Both the position numbers and the translations under genes were made by a program. Positions 37,144 to 46,410 of a stretch of DNA of 64,000 bases are shown here, one piece after another (position 1 is the first letter of the stretch; each line of letters begins with the position of its first letter). The notes beneath the pieces were generated by a model. That model was not told the origin of the DNA. It did no database searches and worked only from the letters and a program-made list of their open reading frames with translations. The stretch spans positions 17,834 through 81,833 of the forward strand of contig CALUYB010000002.1 of the NCBI GenBank assembly GCA_944324905.1, written 5' to 3'. This DNA comes from Candidatus Gastranaerophilales bacterium. GTDB lineage: Bacteria; Cyanobacteriota; Vampirovibrionia; Gastranaerophilales; Gastranaerophilaceae.

Positions 37144-37680
37144 ATGAAAAAAGTTCTTATTCTGGCAACCAGCCCAAGGAAAAATGGTAATTCAACCTTG
37201 CTTGCGCAAGAATTTCAAAAGGGCGTGCAAGAAGCTGGAAATTCTGCAGAAATTATTTATCTTTGCGAAAAAAATATAAACTTCTGTAAGGGTTGCCTAA
37301 GTTGTATAAGGACTAAAAAATGCATTATTGACGATGATATGGGAGAAATTTTAGAAAAAATTAAAACTTCTGATGTTATTGTTTTTGCGACTCCAATTTA
37401 TTATTATGAAATGTCAGGGCAAATGAAAACCCTTATAGATAGGACAAATCCATTGTTTGAGTCAGATTACCCCTTTAGAGATATTTATCTTTTAGCAACT
37501 GCCGCCGATAGTGGCGAATACTGCGCAGATGGGGCAATTAAAGGACTTGAAGGTTGGATAGCATGTTTTAGTAAAACAAATTTAAAAGGTGTCATAAAAG
37601 GCTTTGGTGTAACTTCAGCAGGGGACATAAAGGGTCATAAAGCCCTTATTGAAGCATACAATGCAGGAAAAAATGTTTAA
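37144..37680 (+). CDS. Flavodoxin-fold FMN reductase / iron-sulfur flavoprotein-like protein
   Basis: MKKVLILATSPRKNGNS N-terminus, Cys cluster CEKNINFCKGCLSC, and PIYYYEMSGQMKTLIDR. AAGGAGGA ribosome-binding site. Confidence 0.8.
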   Translation: MKKVLILATSPRKNGNSTLLAQEFQKGVQEAGNSAEIIYLCEKNINFCKGCLSCIRTKKCIIDDDMGEILEKIKTSDVIVFATPIYYYEMSGQMKTLIDRTNPLFESDYPFRDIYLLATAADSGEYCADGAIKGLEGWIACFSKTNLKGVIKGFGVTSAGDIKGHKALIEAYNAGKNV

Positions 37681-38354
37681 AACATATTTTTAAGATTTTC
37701 ACTAATTTTAAAACTTGCCTCAGTTGTAGCTTTAATATCCTCAATTGTAAAATAAGGGTTAATTTCTGTCATTAAAAGGCCCTGTTTTGTAACCTCAAAT
37801 ACGCATTTTTCAGTAATTATCATATCGACTTCAGCTGAGGCTGTTAATGGCAAGTCGCACCTTTTAACAATTTTTATTTGACCTTTTGAGGTGTGCTCCA
37901 TAACCACAATAACCCTTTTAGAACCTACAACAAGATCCATAGAGCCGCCCATCCCGGGGACAAGTTTATTAGGTATCATCCAGCTTGCAAGGTTTCCTTC
38001 TTCATCTACTTGTAATGCGCCTAAAACCGTTGCGTCGATATGTCCGCCGCGCATAATAGTAAAAGCCATCTGTGTATCATAAAAGCAGCAGCCTTTAATG
38101 GGCTCTACAAAAGCACCGCCGGCGTTAATTACTCGAGGATCGGGACTTTCGCCCTGATGAAGTCTGCCTGCACCTAAAAGTCCGTTTTCCGATTGAAAAA
38201 TAACACCCATCTCATCAGGCACATAGTTTGCAATCTCTGTTGGCAAGCCTATACCAAGAGTAACGACATCACCTCTTTTAAACTCCTGAGCCGCTCTTTT
38301 TGCAATAATTTCTCTGATTTTTTCTTTTGTTAGTTCAACTTGTGCAACAGGCAT
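37677..38354 (-). CDS. 3-oxoacid / acetate CoA-transferase, subunit B
   Basis: Catalytic-glutamate motif FQSENGLLG and GMGGSMDLV; abuts subunit A. Confidence 0.9.
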   Translation of the reverse strand: MPVAQVELTKEKIREIIAKRAAQEFKRGDVVTLGIGLPTEIANYVPDEMGVIFQSENGLLGAGRLHQGESPDPRVINAGGAFVEPIKGCCFYDTQMAFTIMRGGHIDATVLGALQVDEEGNLASWMIPNKLVPGMGGSMDLVVGSKRVIVVMEHTSKGQIKIVKRCDLPLTASAEVDMIITEKCVFEVTKQGLLMTEINPYFTIEDIKATTEASFKISENLKNMF

Positions 38355-39005
38355 TTATTTTTCCTCCCGTTTTACAATGTAATCGACAAAAAGCCCCGGA
38401 ATTACAACCTCATTAGGCTCAAGGCAGTCAACTATTTCATCAGCTTGCACAATAACGGTATCTGCTGCTGTTGCCATAACTGTGTTGAAATTTCTTGTTG
38501 TTCCATAAAATGAAACGTTGCCGAATTTATCAACTTTTGTACCGTAAATTAATGCAAAATCAGCCCCAAGCGGTTTTTCAAATATAAACTTTTTTCCGTC
38601 AACCTCTAGTGTTTTTTTATTTTCTTCAAGTATTGTTCCAATTCCCGTTTGAGTAAGTACTCCGCCTAAACCTGCGCCTTTTGCTCGAATTTTTTCAACC
38701 AAAGTACCCATAGGAATTAACTCTACATCAATTTCGCCATCATGCATTTGCTTGCCTGTTTCAGGGTTTGTGCCAATGTGAGCTGCTATTACTCTTTTAA
38801 CCATTTTGTTTGTAATAATCTTGCCCTTATCAACATTTGGATAAGATGTATCATTACAAATCATTGTAAGATTTTTTTTGCCCTGCAAAACAAGTTCATC
38901 TATTAATTTATCAGGCGCACCACAACTTAAAAAGCCCCCAACCATAATAGTTGCACCGTCTTTAATTAAACTTATTGCTTCCTTTGCACTCGTTATCTTT
39001 TTCAT
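38355..39005 (-). CDS. 3-oxoacid / acetate CoA-transferase, subunit A
   Basis: IKDGATIMVGGFLSCGAPDKLIDEL N-terminus typical of AtoD/ScoA/CtfA. Confidence 0.9.
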   Translation of the reverse strand: MKKITSAKEAISLIKDGATIMVGGFLSCGAPDKLIDELVLQGKKNLTMICNDTSYPNVDKGKIITNKMVKRVIAAHIGTNPETGKQMHDGEIDVELIPMGTLVEKIRAKGAGLGGVLTQTGIGTILEENKKTLEVDGKKFIFEKPLGADFALIYGTKVDKFGNVSFYGTTRNFNTVMATAADTVIVQADEIVDCLEPNEVVIPGLFVDYIVKREEK

Positions 39006-39038
39006 AGCGTTTCTTGAAAAAATATACCATAAATTTTT

Positions 39039-40241
39039 TTATAACACAATTTGCGTACCAACAATTAACTTATGTGAATCAGGTTTTGCGTCATTTTGGC
39101 AATAAACATAATTAAAAATTAATTTTAAAGCCTGTCCTTTTAAATAGTAATTTACGCCTGCACTATATTCTCTTTGGTTGTTGTCGCGTTTTGTTTTATC
39201 GGGATTAAACTGGTCGTAACGTGCAAGGAGTTCTATTTTTTTGGTTAGATGATAACCAAGTGTTGCATAAAAACCTTCTGTACCCTTGTTTGTTGGTCCG
39301 CTGCCACCGTTAGAGCCGTCAGAGTTTGCATATTCTGCTCTTGCCCAGAATTTTTTATATTCATAGCTAAGTGCAGCTCCCGTCATAAAGTAATCAATAG
39401 AGTGTCTTCTGCCTGCTACAATACCGCCCCCTGCAACGATTTTACCCCATTTGCCATCTGTTTTACCCAACGGTTTAATATTTACCCAGCCGTCAAATTC
39501 TAGCCCTGGGAAGAATTCTTGAAAGAAAGTATCTGAGCTGTAACCGCCAAAATCGTAATCTACAAGGGAGTAATCACCCCTGACTCTCAGACCAAATTTT
39601 CTTACATTAGCGAGATTTCTTGAAATTTGCGAACGTGCTACAAAAGGTAATGTATATGGAGATTGCGCACCTTCATAACCAACTCCGGGGCGAGAGTTAC
39701 CTATTAAAATATTGTGATGAGGTATTCTGTTTGTTTCAAAATAAGCATCCTGTATTAACTGTTGAAAAAAGCCATGGGCGTGGGTCGGAGTCGGGTCTAG
39801 CATTAAACGAAAACCTTCTTTTCTGCCTCTGAATTTTCCGTCAAATATGATGTTTATGAGTGCCATATTAAACTTTGTGTCAGTATCTGCGTTTTCGCTC
39901 ATTTGTGTTGTAATGTTACCTTGCAGAGCAACCCAAGTATGAAAACTCTCTAGCGGTCCCTTATCAAAAGTCATAGTAAGTTGTTTTTTAAGCAACTGCG
40001 AAGGGACATCCGTACGCTCAATTTGCAATTCCCACACATCTTTTGGAGCGCTCATTAAATTTGACAAAAAAGTATCTTTTTCTTTTTGGATATCTTGTTC
40101 AAATTCTTCTTTTGTCTGTCCTGTTATATTTTCTATAAAATCGCCATCAGGATTTTCTTCAAGCTTAATTTCTTCCTCAATGGCAAAAACTTGAGGAACA
40201 AATATAAAAAGAAAAATAATGCTCAATAAAATCTTTTTCAT
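39039..40241 (-). CDS. Outer-membrane beta-barrel porin (OprO/P-like)
   Basis: Signal peptide MKKILLSIIFLFIFVPQVFA. The C-terminal half shows alternating aromatic/hydrophilic beta-strand patterns (YSAGVNYYLKGQALKLIFNYVY). No Shine-Dalgarno sequence is evident. Confidence 0.6.
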   Translation of the reverse strand: MKKILLSIIFLFIFVPQVFAIEEEIKLEENPDGDFIENITGQTKEEFEQDIQKEKDTFLSNLMSAPKDVWELQIERTDVPSQLLKKQLTMTFDKGPLESFHTWVALQGNITTQMSENADTDTKFNMALINIIFDGKFRGRKEGFRLMLDPTPTHAHGFFQQLIQDAYFETNRIPHHNILIGNSRPGVGYEGAQSPYTLPFVARSQISRNLANVRKFGLRVRGDYSLVDYDFGGYSSDTFFQEFFPGLEFDGWVNIKPLGKTDGKWGKIVAGGGIVAGRRHSIDYFMTGAALSYEYKKFWARAEYANSDGSNGGSGPTNKGTEGFYATLGYHLTKKIELLARYDQFNPDKTKRDNNQREYSAGVNYYLKGQALKLIFNYVYCQNDAKPDSHKLIVGTQIVL

Positions 40242-40245
40242 AGCT

Positions 40246-40277
40246 GCAAAAAATAGGGCACTAATTAAGTGCCCTAT
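40246..40277 (-). terminator. Rho-independent terminator after the FNT channel gene
   Basis: 10-bp stem ATAGGGCACT / AGTGCCCTAT (40253-40277). The minus strand continues with TTTTTTG. Confidence 0.8.
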
Positions 40278-40282
40278 AAACT

Positions 40283-41155
40283 TTATTTCATGTCCTTGCC
40301 GTGGTCATCTCTTAAATATGCAGTCCAGAATAGTAAAACCACAAACACAAAAGCACCAACCATATTACCTAAAGTAACAGGCAACAAGTTGCCTAAAAGG
40401 AATGATTTAATGTTTAAAGTTGCAAGTTGATCAGGAGTTAAGCCTGAAGCAAGCGCAACAGCAGGAGTTGCTTTTAAGAATAAGCCATTAGAGATAAAGT
40501 ACATATTTGCAATACTGTGCTCGTAACCTGAAGCAACGAATGTTGTAATTGGGAAGAAAATTGCAAATATTTTACCTATAACGTGGCGAGAGGATGAAGC
40601 CATCCAAATAGCAAGACATACAAGCCAGTTACATAAAATACCTCTTGTAAATGCTTCAACAAATGTTAAGTTTACTTTTGTATAAGCAGTTGTTAAACCT
40701 AAAACACCTAATGCTTCATGGGAGTTATGTGAGCAGCCTGTAAAGTATATAATTGTAGCTAAAAGTACCGAGCCGACAAAGTTACCAATATAAACAATCG
40801 TCCAGTTTCTAAGTAATTTTGCAAGGCTTGTTTTCTTTTCAATTACTGAAAAAGTCATCATAACGTTACCTGTAAAAAGTTCTGCACCTGTCAGGACAAC
40901 CATCATAAGACCTGTAGCAAATGTCATCGCTCCGATTAACTTTGCAAAACCCCAGCTAACAGCTTCCGTTCCTGTCATAACATTAAGGGAAACTTGTGCA
41001 CCAAAGGCAATTAGAGCGCCTGCTGCTATTGCAAGTACAAAAGTTTTTGATTTTCTAAAGTTTGCTTTTGCAGGCATGACTTTGTCTGCAATTTCATGCG
41101 CCACATGATTTGGCGAGATACAGTCTTTTGTATCTAAATTTTGTTGTGTTTCCAT
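40283..41155 (-). CDS. Formate/nitrite transporter (FNT) family channel, FocA-like
   Basis: 290 aa with six TM segments. N-terminal KSKTFVLAIAAGALIAFGA and the FNT block ASGYEHSIANMYF. Confidence 0.85.
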   Translation of the reverse strand: METQQNLDTKDCISPNHVAHEIADKVMPAKANFRKSKTFVLAIAAGALIAFGAQVSLNVMTGTEAVSWGFAKLIGAMTFATGLMMVVLTGAELFTGNVMMTFSVIEKKTSLAKLLRNWTIVYIGNFVGSVLLATIIYFTGCSHNSHEALGVLGLTTAYTKVNLTFVEAFTRGILCNWLVCLAIWMASSSRHVIGKIFAIFFPITTFVASGYEHSIANMYFISNGLFLKATPAVALASGLTPDQLATLNIKSFLLGNLLPVTLGNMVGAFVFVVLLFWTAYLRDDHGKDMK

Positions 41156-41347
41156 TTTTTTCTCCTGTTCACTCTTTATTTAGCATTAACAATTCCGCAA
41201 AAGACATCTTTTGCGATTATACGGTGCATATAGTCCCTATACGGCTCTGTATAAAATTCTTAAGTTGTTAATGACCAAAGTCGCAACAAAAATTTTATAT
41301 CGAAAAATTTTATTTTCAAGCAAAAAATTTTGTAATAAAAAACAAGC

Positions 41348-41376
41348 TTGACATTAGCTTTTGTTAGTTTTATAAC
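41348..41376 (+). promoter_or_regulatory. Sigma-70-type promoter for the hydrogenase-like operon
   Basis: TTGACA (41348-41353), a 17-nt spacer, then TATAAC (41371-41376). Confidence 0.6.
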
Positions 41377-41388
41377 ACCATTTGTTAT

Positions 41389-43395
41389 ATGTACAGCCGA
41401 ATTTTTGGGATGGAAGTAATGAATAATTTTTTTATAGGAATTTTATTTTTTATACTGAGCGGGTTTATTGCAAGTATTTTTCGAAAAGAAAATAAAATTA
41501 AAATACTGAGCATTTTGTGTTTTATAGGTTCTTTATTCTGTTTAACTCCGGCAGTAAGTGTGCTTTTTAGCGGTCAAAATTTAATCACAGAGTGCAATTT
41601 TAATCCCATTTTTGGGACAATAAACTTTACACTTGATCCACTAAGTGCTTTTTTTGTAGTTGTAATAAGTGTAATGAGCCTTATGGGGGTAATTTATTCA
41701 AAGGGTTATTTAAAACCATATCTTGATAAAGTAAAAAATATTAATTCTCATTTAATATTTTTACCTTTACTTATAGCTTCAATGTTACTTGTGGTAAGTT
41801 GTCAAAATGCTTTTGCATTTTTAATTTTTTGGGAAATAATGTCCTTAAGCTCATTTTTCCTTGTTATATTTGAATCAGACAAAAAGGACGTCTTGAAAGC
41901 CGGAATAAAATACCTTGTTTTCATGCACATTTCTGTAATTTTTATAATAATTGCTTTTGCGCTTTGTGCAATAAATGCAGGCGGATATGACTTTAGTTTA
42001 TTTTCTCAAGTTTTAAGAGAAAATTCACATTTGGCAAATCTAGTTTTTGCTTTTGCATTCATTGGTTTTGGCACAAAGGCAGGTTTTGTACCTTTTCACA
42101 ACTGGTTGCCAGATGCACACCCTGCAGCACCAAGCCATGTCAGCGCAATTATGTCAGGAGTTATGATAAAAACAGGTATTTATGGAATTTTAAGAGTTCT
42201 ATCTTTTTATGCAACACCATCTAAAGCACTTGCATTTGCTGTTCTTATAATTTCCGTTATATCGGCACTTTATGGGGTTTTATATGCCATAACCCAGCAT
42301 GACCTAAAAAGACTTTTGGCTTACCACTCTATTGAAAATATAGGTATAATAGGGATTGGCACAGGAGTAGGTATGTTAGGTCTTGCATACGGACAAATAC
42401 AAATTGCTCTTATTGGTTTTGCAGGTGCAATTTTACACATATTAAACCACTCAATATTCAAAGAACTTTTATTCTTGAGCGCAGGCAGCGTTTATATTAA
42501 AACACATACTCGTGATATTGAAATCTTAGGCGGGTTAATAAAATCAATGCCATTTAGTGCGGTGTTATTTCTAATAGGCTCTGTCGCAATTTGTGGTCTA
42601 CCTCCATTTAACGGCTTTATCAGTGAATTTTTAATATACTTTTCAATGTTAAAATGTCTGGCAGTTAAAGATTTCTTTGTGCTTATTGCACTGTTATTTT
42701 CCATTGCAGGATTGGCATTGGTTGGTACAATGGCTGTCTTGTGCTTTACAAAAGCATTCAGCATAATATTTTTAGGAATGCCAAGAAGTGAAAATGCAAA
42801 AGCACCGACATCGGATTGCGAAAAGTCAATGCTTATGCCTATGGGATTTTTAGCAATTTTAACGCTGTTAATAGGCATTTTCCCTCAGTATGTATTTGAT
42901 GTTGTGCTAAAACCGGCTGCAACTGTTGCAAATACAAGCATAATGCCAATCGGAACCTGTGCAGATTTAATGCAGACAATTTCACTGTGCGCATTTGGCT
43001 TTATTGCTTTTGTAATTATACTTTTACTGTTTAAACTTAAATTTTCAGGTAAAGTTCAAATGCACGACACCTGGGGTTGCGGTTATGATAGAGCAAATAA
43101 TCGCATGCAATACAGTGCATCCTCCTATGCAAGCCCGTTTTTATCGATGTTAAGACCTTTATTTAAAAAGATTTTCGACATTGAAAAACCAAAACAACTT
43201 TTCCCGAAATCTGCACACTTTAGCTTGCATATAGATGATATTGAAGAAGCTTATGTTATTAATCCGCTTGTTAAATTTGACGAATGGTTCTTGTCAAAAT
43301 TTGAAGCTATACAAAGTGGTAATATTCAAAGTTACATAAAATACGGGCTAATATTTTTAGTTTTAATAATAATCGGAAGTTTGTTTATAGGATAA
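41389..43395 (+). CDS. Antiporter-like membrane subunit (HyfB/HycC/NuoL family) of a group-4 hydrogenase-related complex
   Basis: 668 aa, polytopic. Carries the WLPDAHPAAPSHVSA and LAYHSIENIG blocks of the Mrp/NuoL family. The start is uncertain (41389, 41410 or 41419), because the predicted promoter would leave almost no leader for 41389. Confidence 0.85.
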   Translation: MYSRIFGMEVMNNFFIGILFFILSGFIASIFRKENKIKILSILCFIGSLFCLTPAVSVLFSGQNLITECNFNPIFGTINFTLDPLSAFFVVVISVMSLMGVIYSKGYLKPYLDKVKNINSHLIFLPLLIASMLLVVSCQNAFAFLIFWEIMSLSSFFLVIFESDKKDVLKAGIKYLVFMHISVIFIIIAFALCAINAGGYDFSLFSQVLRENSHLANLVFAFAFIGFGTKAGFVPFHNWLPDAHPAAPSHVSAIMSGVMIKTGIYGILRVLSFYATPSKALAFAVLIISVISALYGVLYAITQHDLKRLLAYHSIENIGIIGIGTGVGMLGLAYGQIQIALIGFAGAILHILNHSIFKELLFLSAGSVYIKTHTRDIEILGGLIKSMPFSAVLFLIGSVAICGLPPFNGFISEFLIYFSMLKCLAVKDFFVLIALLFSIAGLALVGTMAVLCFTKAFSIIFLGMPRSENAKAPTSDCEKSMLMPMGFLAILTLLIGIFPQYVFDVVLKPAATVANTSIMPIGTCADLMQTISLCAFGFIAFVIILLLFKLKFSGKVQMHDTWGCGYDRANNRMQYSASSYASPFLSMLRPLFKKIFDIEKPKQLFPKSAHFSLHIDDIEEAYVINPLVKFDEWFLSKFEAIQSGNIQSYIKYGLIFLVLIIIGSLFIG

Positions 43396-43401
43396 GATAA
43401 A

Positions 43402-44319
43402 ATGGCAATTAAAATTTTAAACATATTAATAGTTTTATTTGTTCCGTTTTTAATGCTTGGTGTTATTAAAAAAACAAAAGCATTTTGGGGCGGAAGATAC
43501 GGTGCATCAGTATTTCAGCCGTTGTATGATTTTATAAAGTTAATGAAAAAAGATTTTGTGATAAGTAAAACTACAAGCGGTGTCTTTAGAATTACGCCTG
43601 TTATAGTCATTGCAAGTGTGCTTTTTGCAGCTTTATTTGTACCTTTGGCTTCATCAAGCGCAATAATTAACATAGAGGCCGGTTTTATAGTTTTTGCTTA
43701 TATTTTAAGCTTTTCAAAATTTTTCTCACTAATTTCCGCTATGGATACAGGCAGCAGTTTTGAAGGTATGGGAGCATCCCGTGAAGCTTGTTTTACAACA
43801 ATTGTTGAACCTGCATTTTTTATGCTCTTAGCCTCTATTATGGCACTGAGCGGAAATTATACTTTTGATTCTCTTGGAAAAATCATTGAAAACGCAGGCG
43901 GATATGGAATTTTAATCTGTATTTTTGCAATACTTGTACTTTTTATAATGATTTTAACTGAAGGTTCAAGGGTTCCTGTTGATGACCCTGCAACACACCT
44001 TGAATTAACTATGATTCATGAAGTTATGATTTTAGATAACTCGGCATCTGATTTAGCTCTTATCAGTTGGGCAAACGGTATAAAAATGCTATTGTTATCA
44101 TCTTTAATTGCTGCAATTGTTATTCCTCAGGGTATTGGTACGGGACTTTCAATTTGTGCTTACCTTGGTTTAATGTTTTTAATTTCCGTTATAATCGGAA
44201 CTATTGAGTCCGCAACAGCAAGAATAAGGATGTCGCACGTTTTTGAATTTGTTTTTATAATGAGTTCATTTGCGCTTATTGTTCTGTCTTTGGTTGCTGC
44301 AAGGATGTTTGGAGGCTAA
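43402..44319 (+). CDS. NuoH/HyfC/HycD-like membrane subunit
   Basis: 305 aa, polytopic. EGSRVPVDDPATHLELTMIHE resembles the conserved HycD/NuoH loop. Confidence 0.8.
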   Translation: MAIKILNILIVLFVPFLMLGVIKKTKAFWGGRYGASVFQPLYDFIKLMKKDFVISKTTSGVFRITPVIVIASVLFAALFVPLASSSAIINIEAGFIVFAYILSFSKFFSLISAMDTGSSFEGMGASREACFTTIVEPAFFMLLASIMALSGNYTFDSLGKIIENAGGYGILICIFAILVLFIMILTEGSRVPVDDPATHLELTMIHEVMILDNSASDLALISWANGIKMLLLSSLIAAIVIPQGIGTGLSICAYLGLMFLISVIIGTIESATARIRMSHVFEFVFIMSSFALIVLSLVAARMFGG

Positions 44320-44322
44320 TTT

Positions 44323-44976
44323 ATGGAAAACGGTTTTATAATACTTTTTGGTCTTACAATGTTGTATTTGGCAGCAACAAGCAGGATTGTATCTCACGTT
44401 AGATTGCTTGTTTTGCAAGGAATTCTACTGTTCTTAATTTGCGCTTGCCACTTTGAACACCAAAGTGCGCTTAATATAACTTTTTTAACGGTTGAAACAT
44501 TAATTGTTAAAACAATTGTAATTCCCTGGTTTTTATTTAAAGTATTGAAAAAAACAAAAGCCAACAGGGATGTTGGTGCAAATATACCGCATTTTTACTG
44601 TCTTGTAAGCGCAAGTATAATTTTACTTTGCGGATTTTTGCTACCCAACCACTTTTTTAATTCAGATACGATGAAAATGATTTCTCCTTTGTATTTCGGG
44701 GTATCGCTTGCAACAATTATCATAAGCTTATGGCTGATTACAATTAAGCATAAAATTATCTCTAACGTAATTGAGTTTATTACAATGGAAAACGGTATTT
44801 TCTTACTGTCGTTATCTGTTGCAAAAGAAATGCCTGTCCTTGTAAATATGGGTGTTCTGCTAGATGTATTTATAGCAATTTATATTCTTGGATTATTTAT
44901 AAATGAAATTAACAGAGAATTTAAAGATTTAGAAGTTTCTAACCTGTCAGATTTAAAGGATTACAGCAATGATTAA
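44323..44976 (+). CDS. HyfE-like small membrane subunit (NuoK-related)
   Basis: 217 aa (HyfE-like size), multi-TM; position between the HyfC-like and HyfF-like genes. Confidence 0.7.
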   Translation: MENGFIILFGLTMLYLAATSRIVSHVRLLVLQGILLFLICACHFEHQSALNITFLTVETLIVKTIVIPWFLFKVLKKTKANRDVGANIPHFYCLVSASIILLCGFLLPNHFFNSDTMKMISPLYFGVSLATIIISLWLITIKHKIISNVIEFITMENGIFLLSLSVAKEMPVLVNMGVLLDVFIAIYILGLFINEINREFKDLEVSNLSDLKDYSND

Positions 44977-46399
44977 CGCAATATTAATATTTCCGATAGT
45001 TGCCTGCATTTTAATGGCAATAATTAAAAAAAGAGTATTTGACTGTGCAATGGTTAATTTATATGCCATTTTACACGTGGTTTCTACTGTGCTTTTGGCA
45101 ATGGGAATAGGCAAAGAGGGCAATATTCCGTATTTTACCGTTGATAATACAAATCTTATATTTTTAATAATTTTGTCCTTGGTATTTTTAATGGTGGCAA
45201 TATACAACAACGGATATGTAAAAACACTTGAATATCCCGATAAAAAAATAGGTCATTATTCTTTTATGATAATGGTTTTTGTTCTGGCAATGACAGGAAC
45301 TGTTTTATCAAGTAATTTAGGTATTGCGTGGATTTTTGTTGAAGCAACGACACTATCAAGTGCGTATTTAATTTATTTCAATAAAACCAAACACTCAATA
45401 GAAGCGGCTTGGAAATATGTTTTCATCTGCTCAATTGGTATTGCGCTTGCTTTTGTAGGTATAATATTTTTAAATATTGCTCAAGGTGATATAAATACTC
45501 TGGATTTTGCACAATTGTATAAACACGCAAATACATTTGACCCGTTCTGGCTCAAGATGTCTTTTGTATTTATGCTTTTTGGTTTTGGTACAAAAATGGG
45601 GCTTGCACCGGTTCACTTTTGGTTGCCGGACGCTCACTCTGAAGCACCATCACCAATATCAGCACTTTTGTCTGCTACTTTATTGAACTCAGCATTTTTG
45701 GTAATTGTAAGAGTATTTAAAGTTTTAGATATTGCGCAATGCGACCAGTGGGCAAGAATAATGCTTTTAATTTGCGGTTTTGTATCACTATTTGTAACTG
45801 CAGTTTTTGTATACCATATAAAAAATTACAAAAGAATGCTTGCTTATTCCTCAATTGAAAATATGGGAATTTTGGCAATAGGTACAGCTTTGGGTGGCGC
45901 TGCTTTATATGCGGTGATTTTACATTTAATCGGACACTCACTTGCAAAAGCATCATTCTTTTTAACATCAGGCAATGTGCTAGAGCTTTTTGGCACAAAA
46001 AGAATTAAATCAGTCAGCGGTATTATGGAGGCTGACAAGAAAACAGGTTGGCTATGGTTGTTTTCATTCCTTGCGATTTGCGCATTCCCAACATCTGTTT
46101 TATTTATAAGCGAGTTTTTAATGGTAAAAACCATGATATGTGATGGGCACTATATATTGTGCGCATTATTCGTGCTGCTATTAACAATAATACTTTGGGG
46201 TATTGCAAAAGTTACGCTAAAAATGACTTTTGGAAAATTAAGCGAGGATAAAGCGCAAGCTGTAATGGAAAACAAAACTAAAGTTACGTTTTGCAAGTTT
46301 GCACCGCAATTTATAATGCTTTTAATAGTATTTACATTAGGTATTTATGTTCCGCCGTTTTTAAATAATATTATAAACTGCGCTATGGCAGGATTTTAG
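44969..46399 (+). CDS. Antiporter-like membrane subunit (HyfF/NuoM-N family)
   Basis: 476 aa. WLPDAHSEAPSPISA and LAYSSIENMG blocks. Overlaps the upstream gene by 8 nt. Confidence 0.85.
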   Translation: MINAILIFPIVACILMAIIKKRVFDCAMVNLYAILHVVSTVLLAMGIGKEGNIPYFTVDNTNLIFLIILSLVFLMVAIYNNGYVKTLEYPDKKIGHYSFMIMVFVLAMTGTVLSSNLGIAWIFVEATTLSSAYLIYFNKTKHSIEAAWKYVFICSIGIALAFVGIIFLNIAQGDINTLDFAQLYKHANTFDPFWLKMSFVFMLFGFGTKMGLAPVHFWLPDAHSEAPSPISALLSATLLNSAFLVIVRVFKVLDIAQCDQWARIMLLICGFVSLFVTAVFVYHIKNYKRMLAYSSIENMGILAIGTALGGAALYAVILHLIGHSLAKASFFLTSGNVLELFGTKRIKSVSGIMEADKKTGWLWLFSFLAICAFPTSVLFISEFLMVKTMICDGHYILCALFVLLLTIILWGIAKVTLKMTFGKLSEDKAQAVMENKTKVTFCKFAPQFIMLLIVFTLGIYVPPFLNNIINCAMAGF

Positions 46400-46410
46400 G
46401 GGATAATAAA

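Noticed and set aside
42492-42878. 128-aa minus-strand ORF, and similar antisense ORFs at 15356-15697, 19191-19514, 30815-31183, 47133-47519 and 45844-46134
   Set aside because: All lie inside strongly supported genes on the opposite strand and have low-complexity composition. They are typical shadow ORFs of AT-rich coding DNA.
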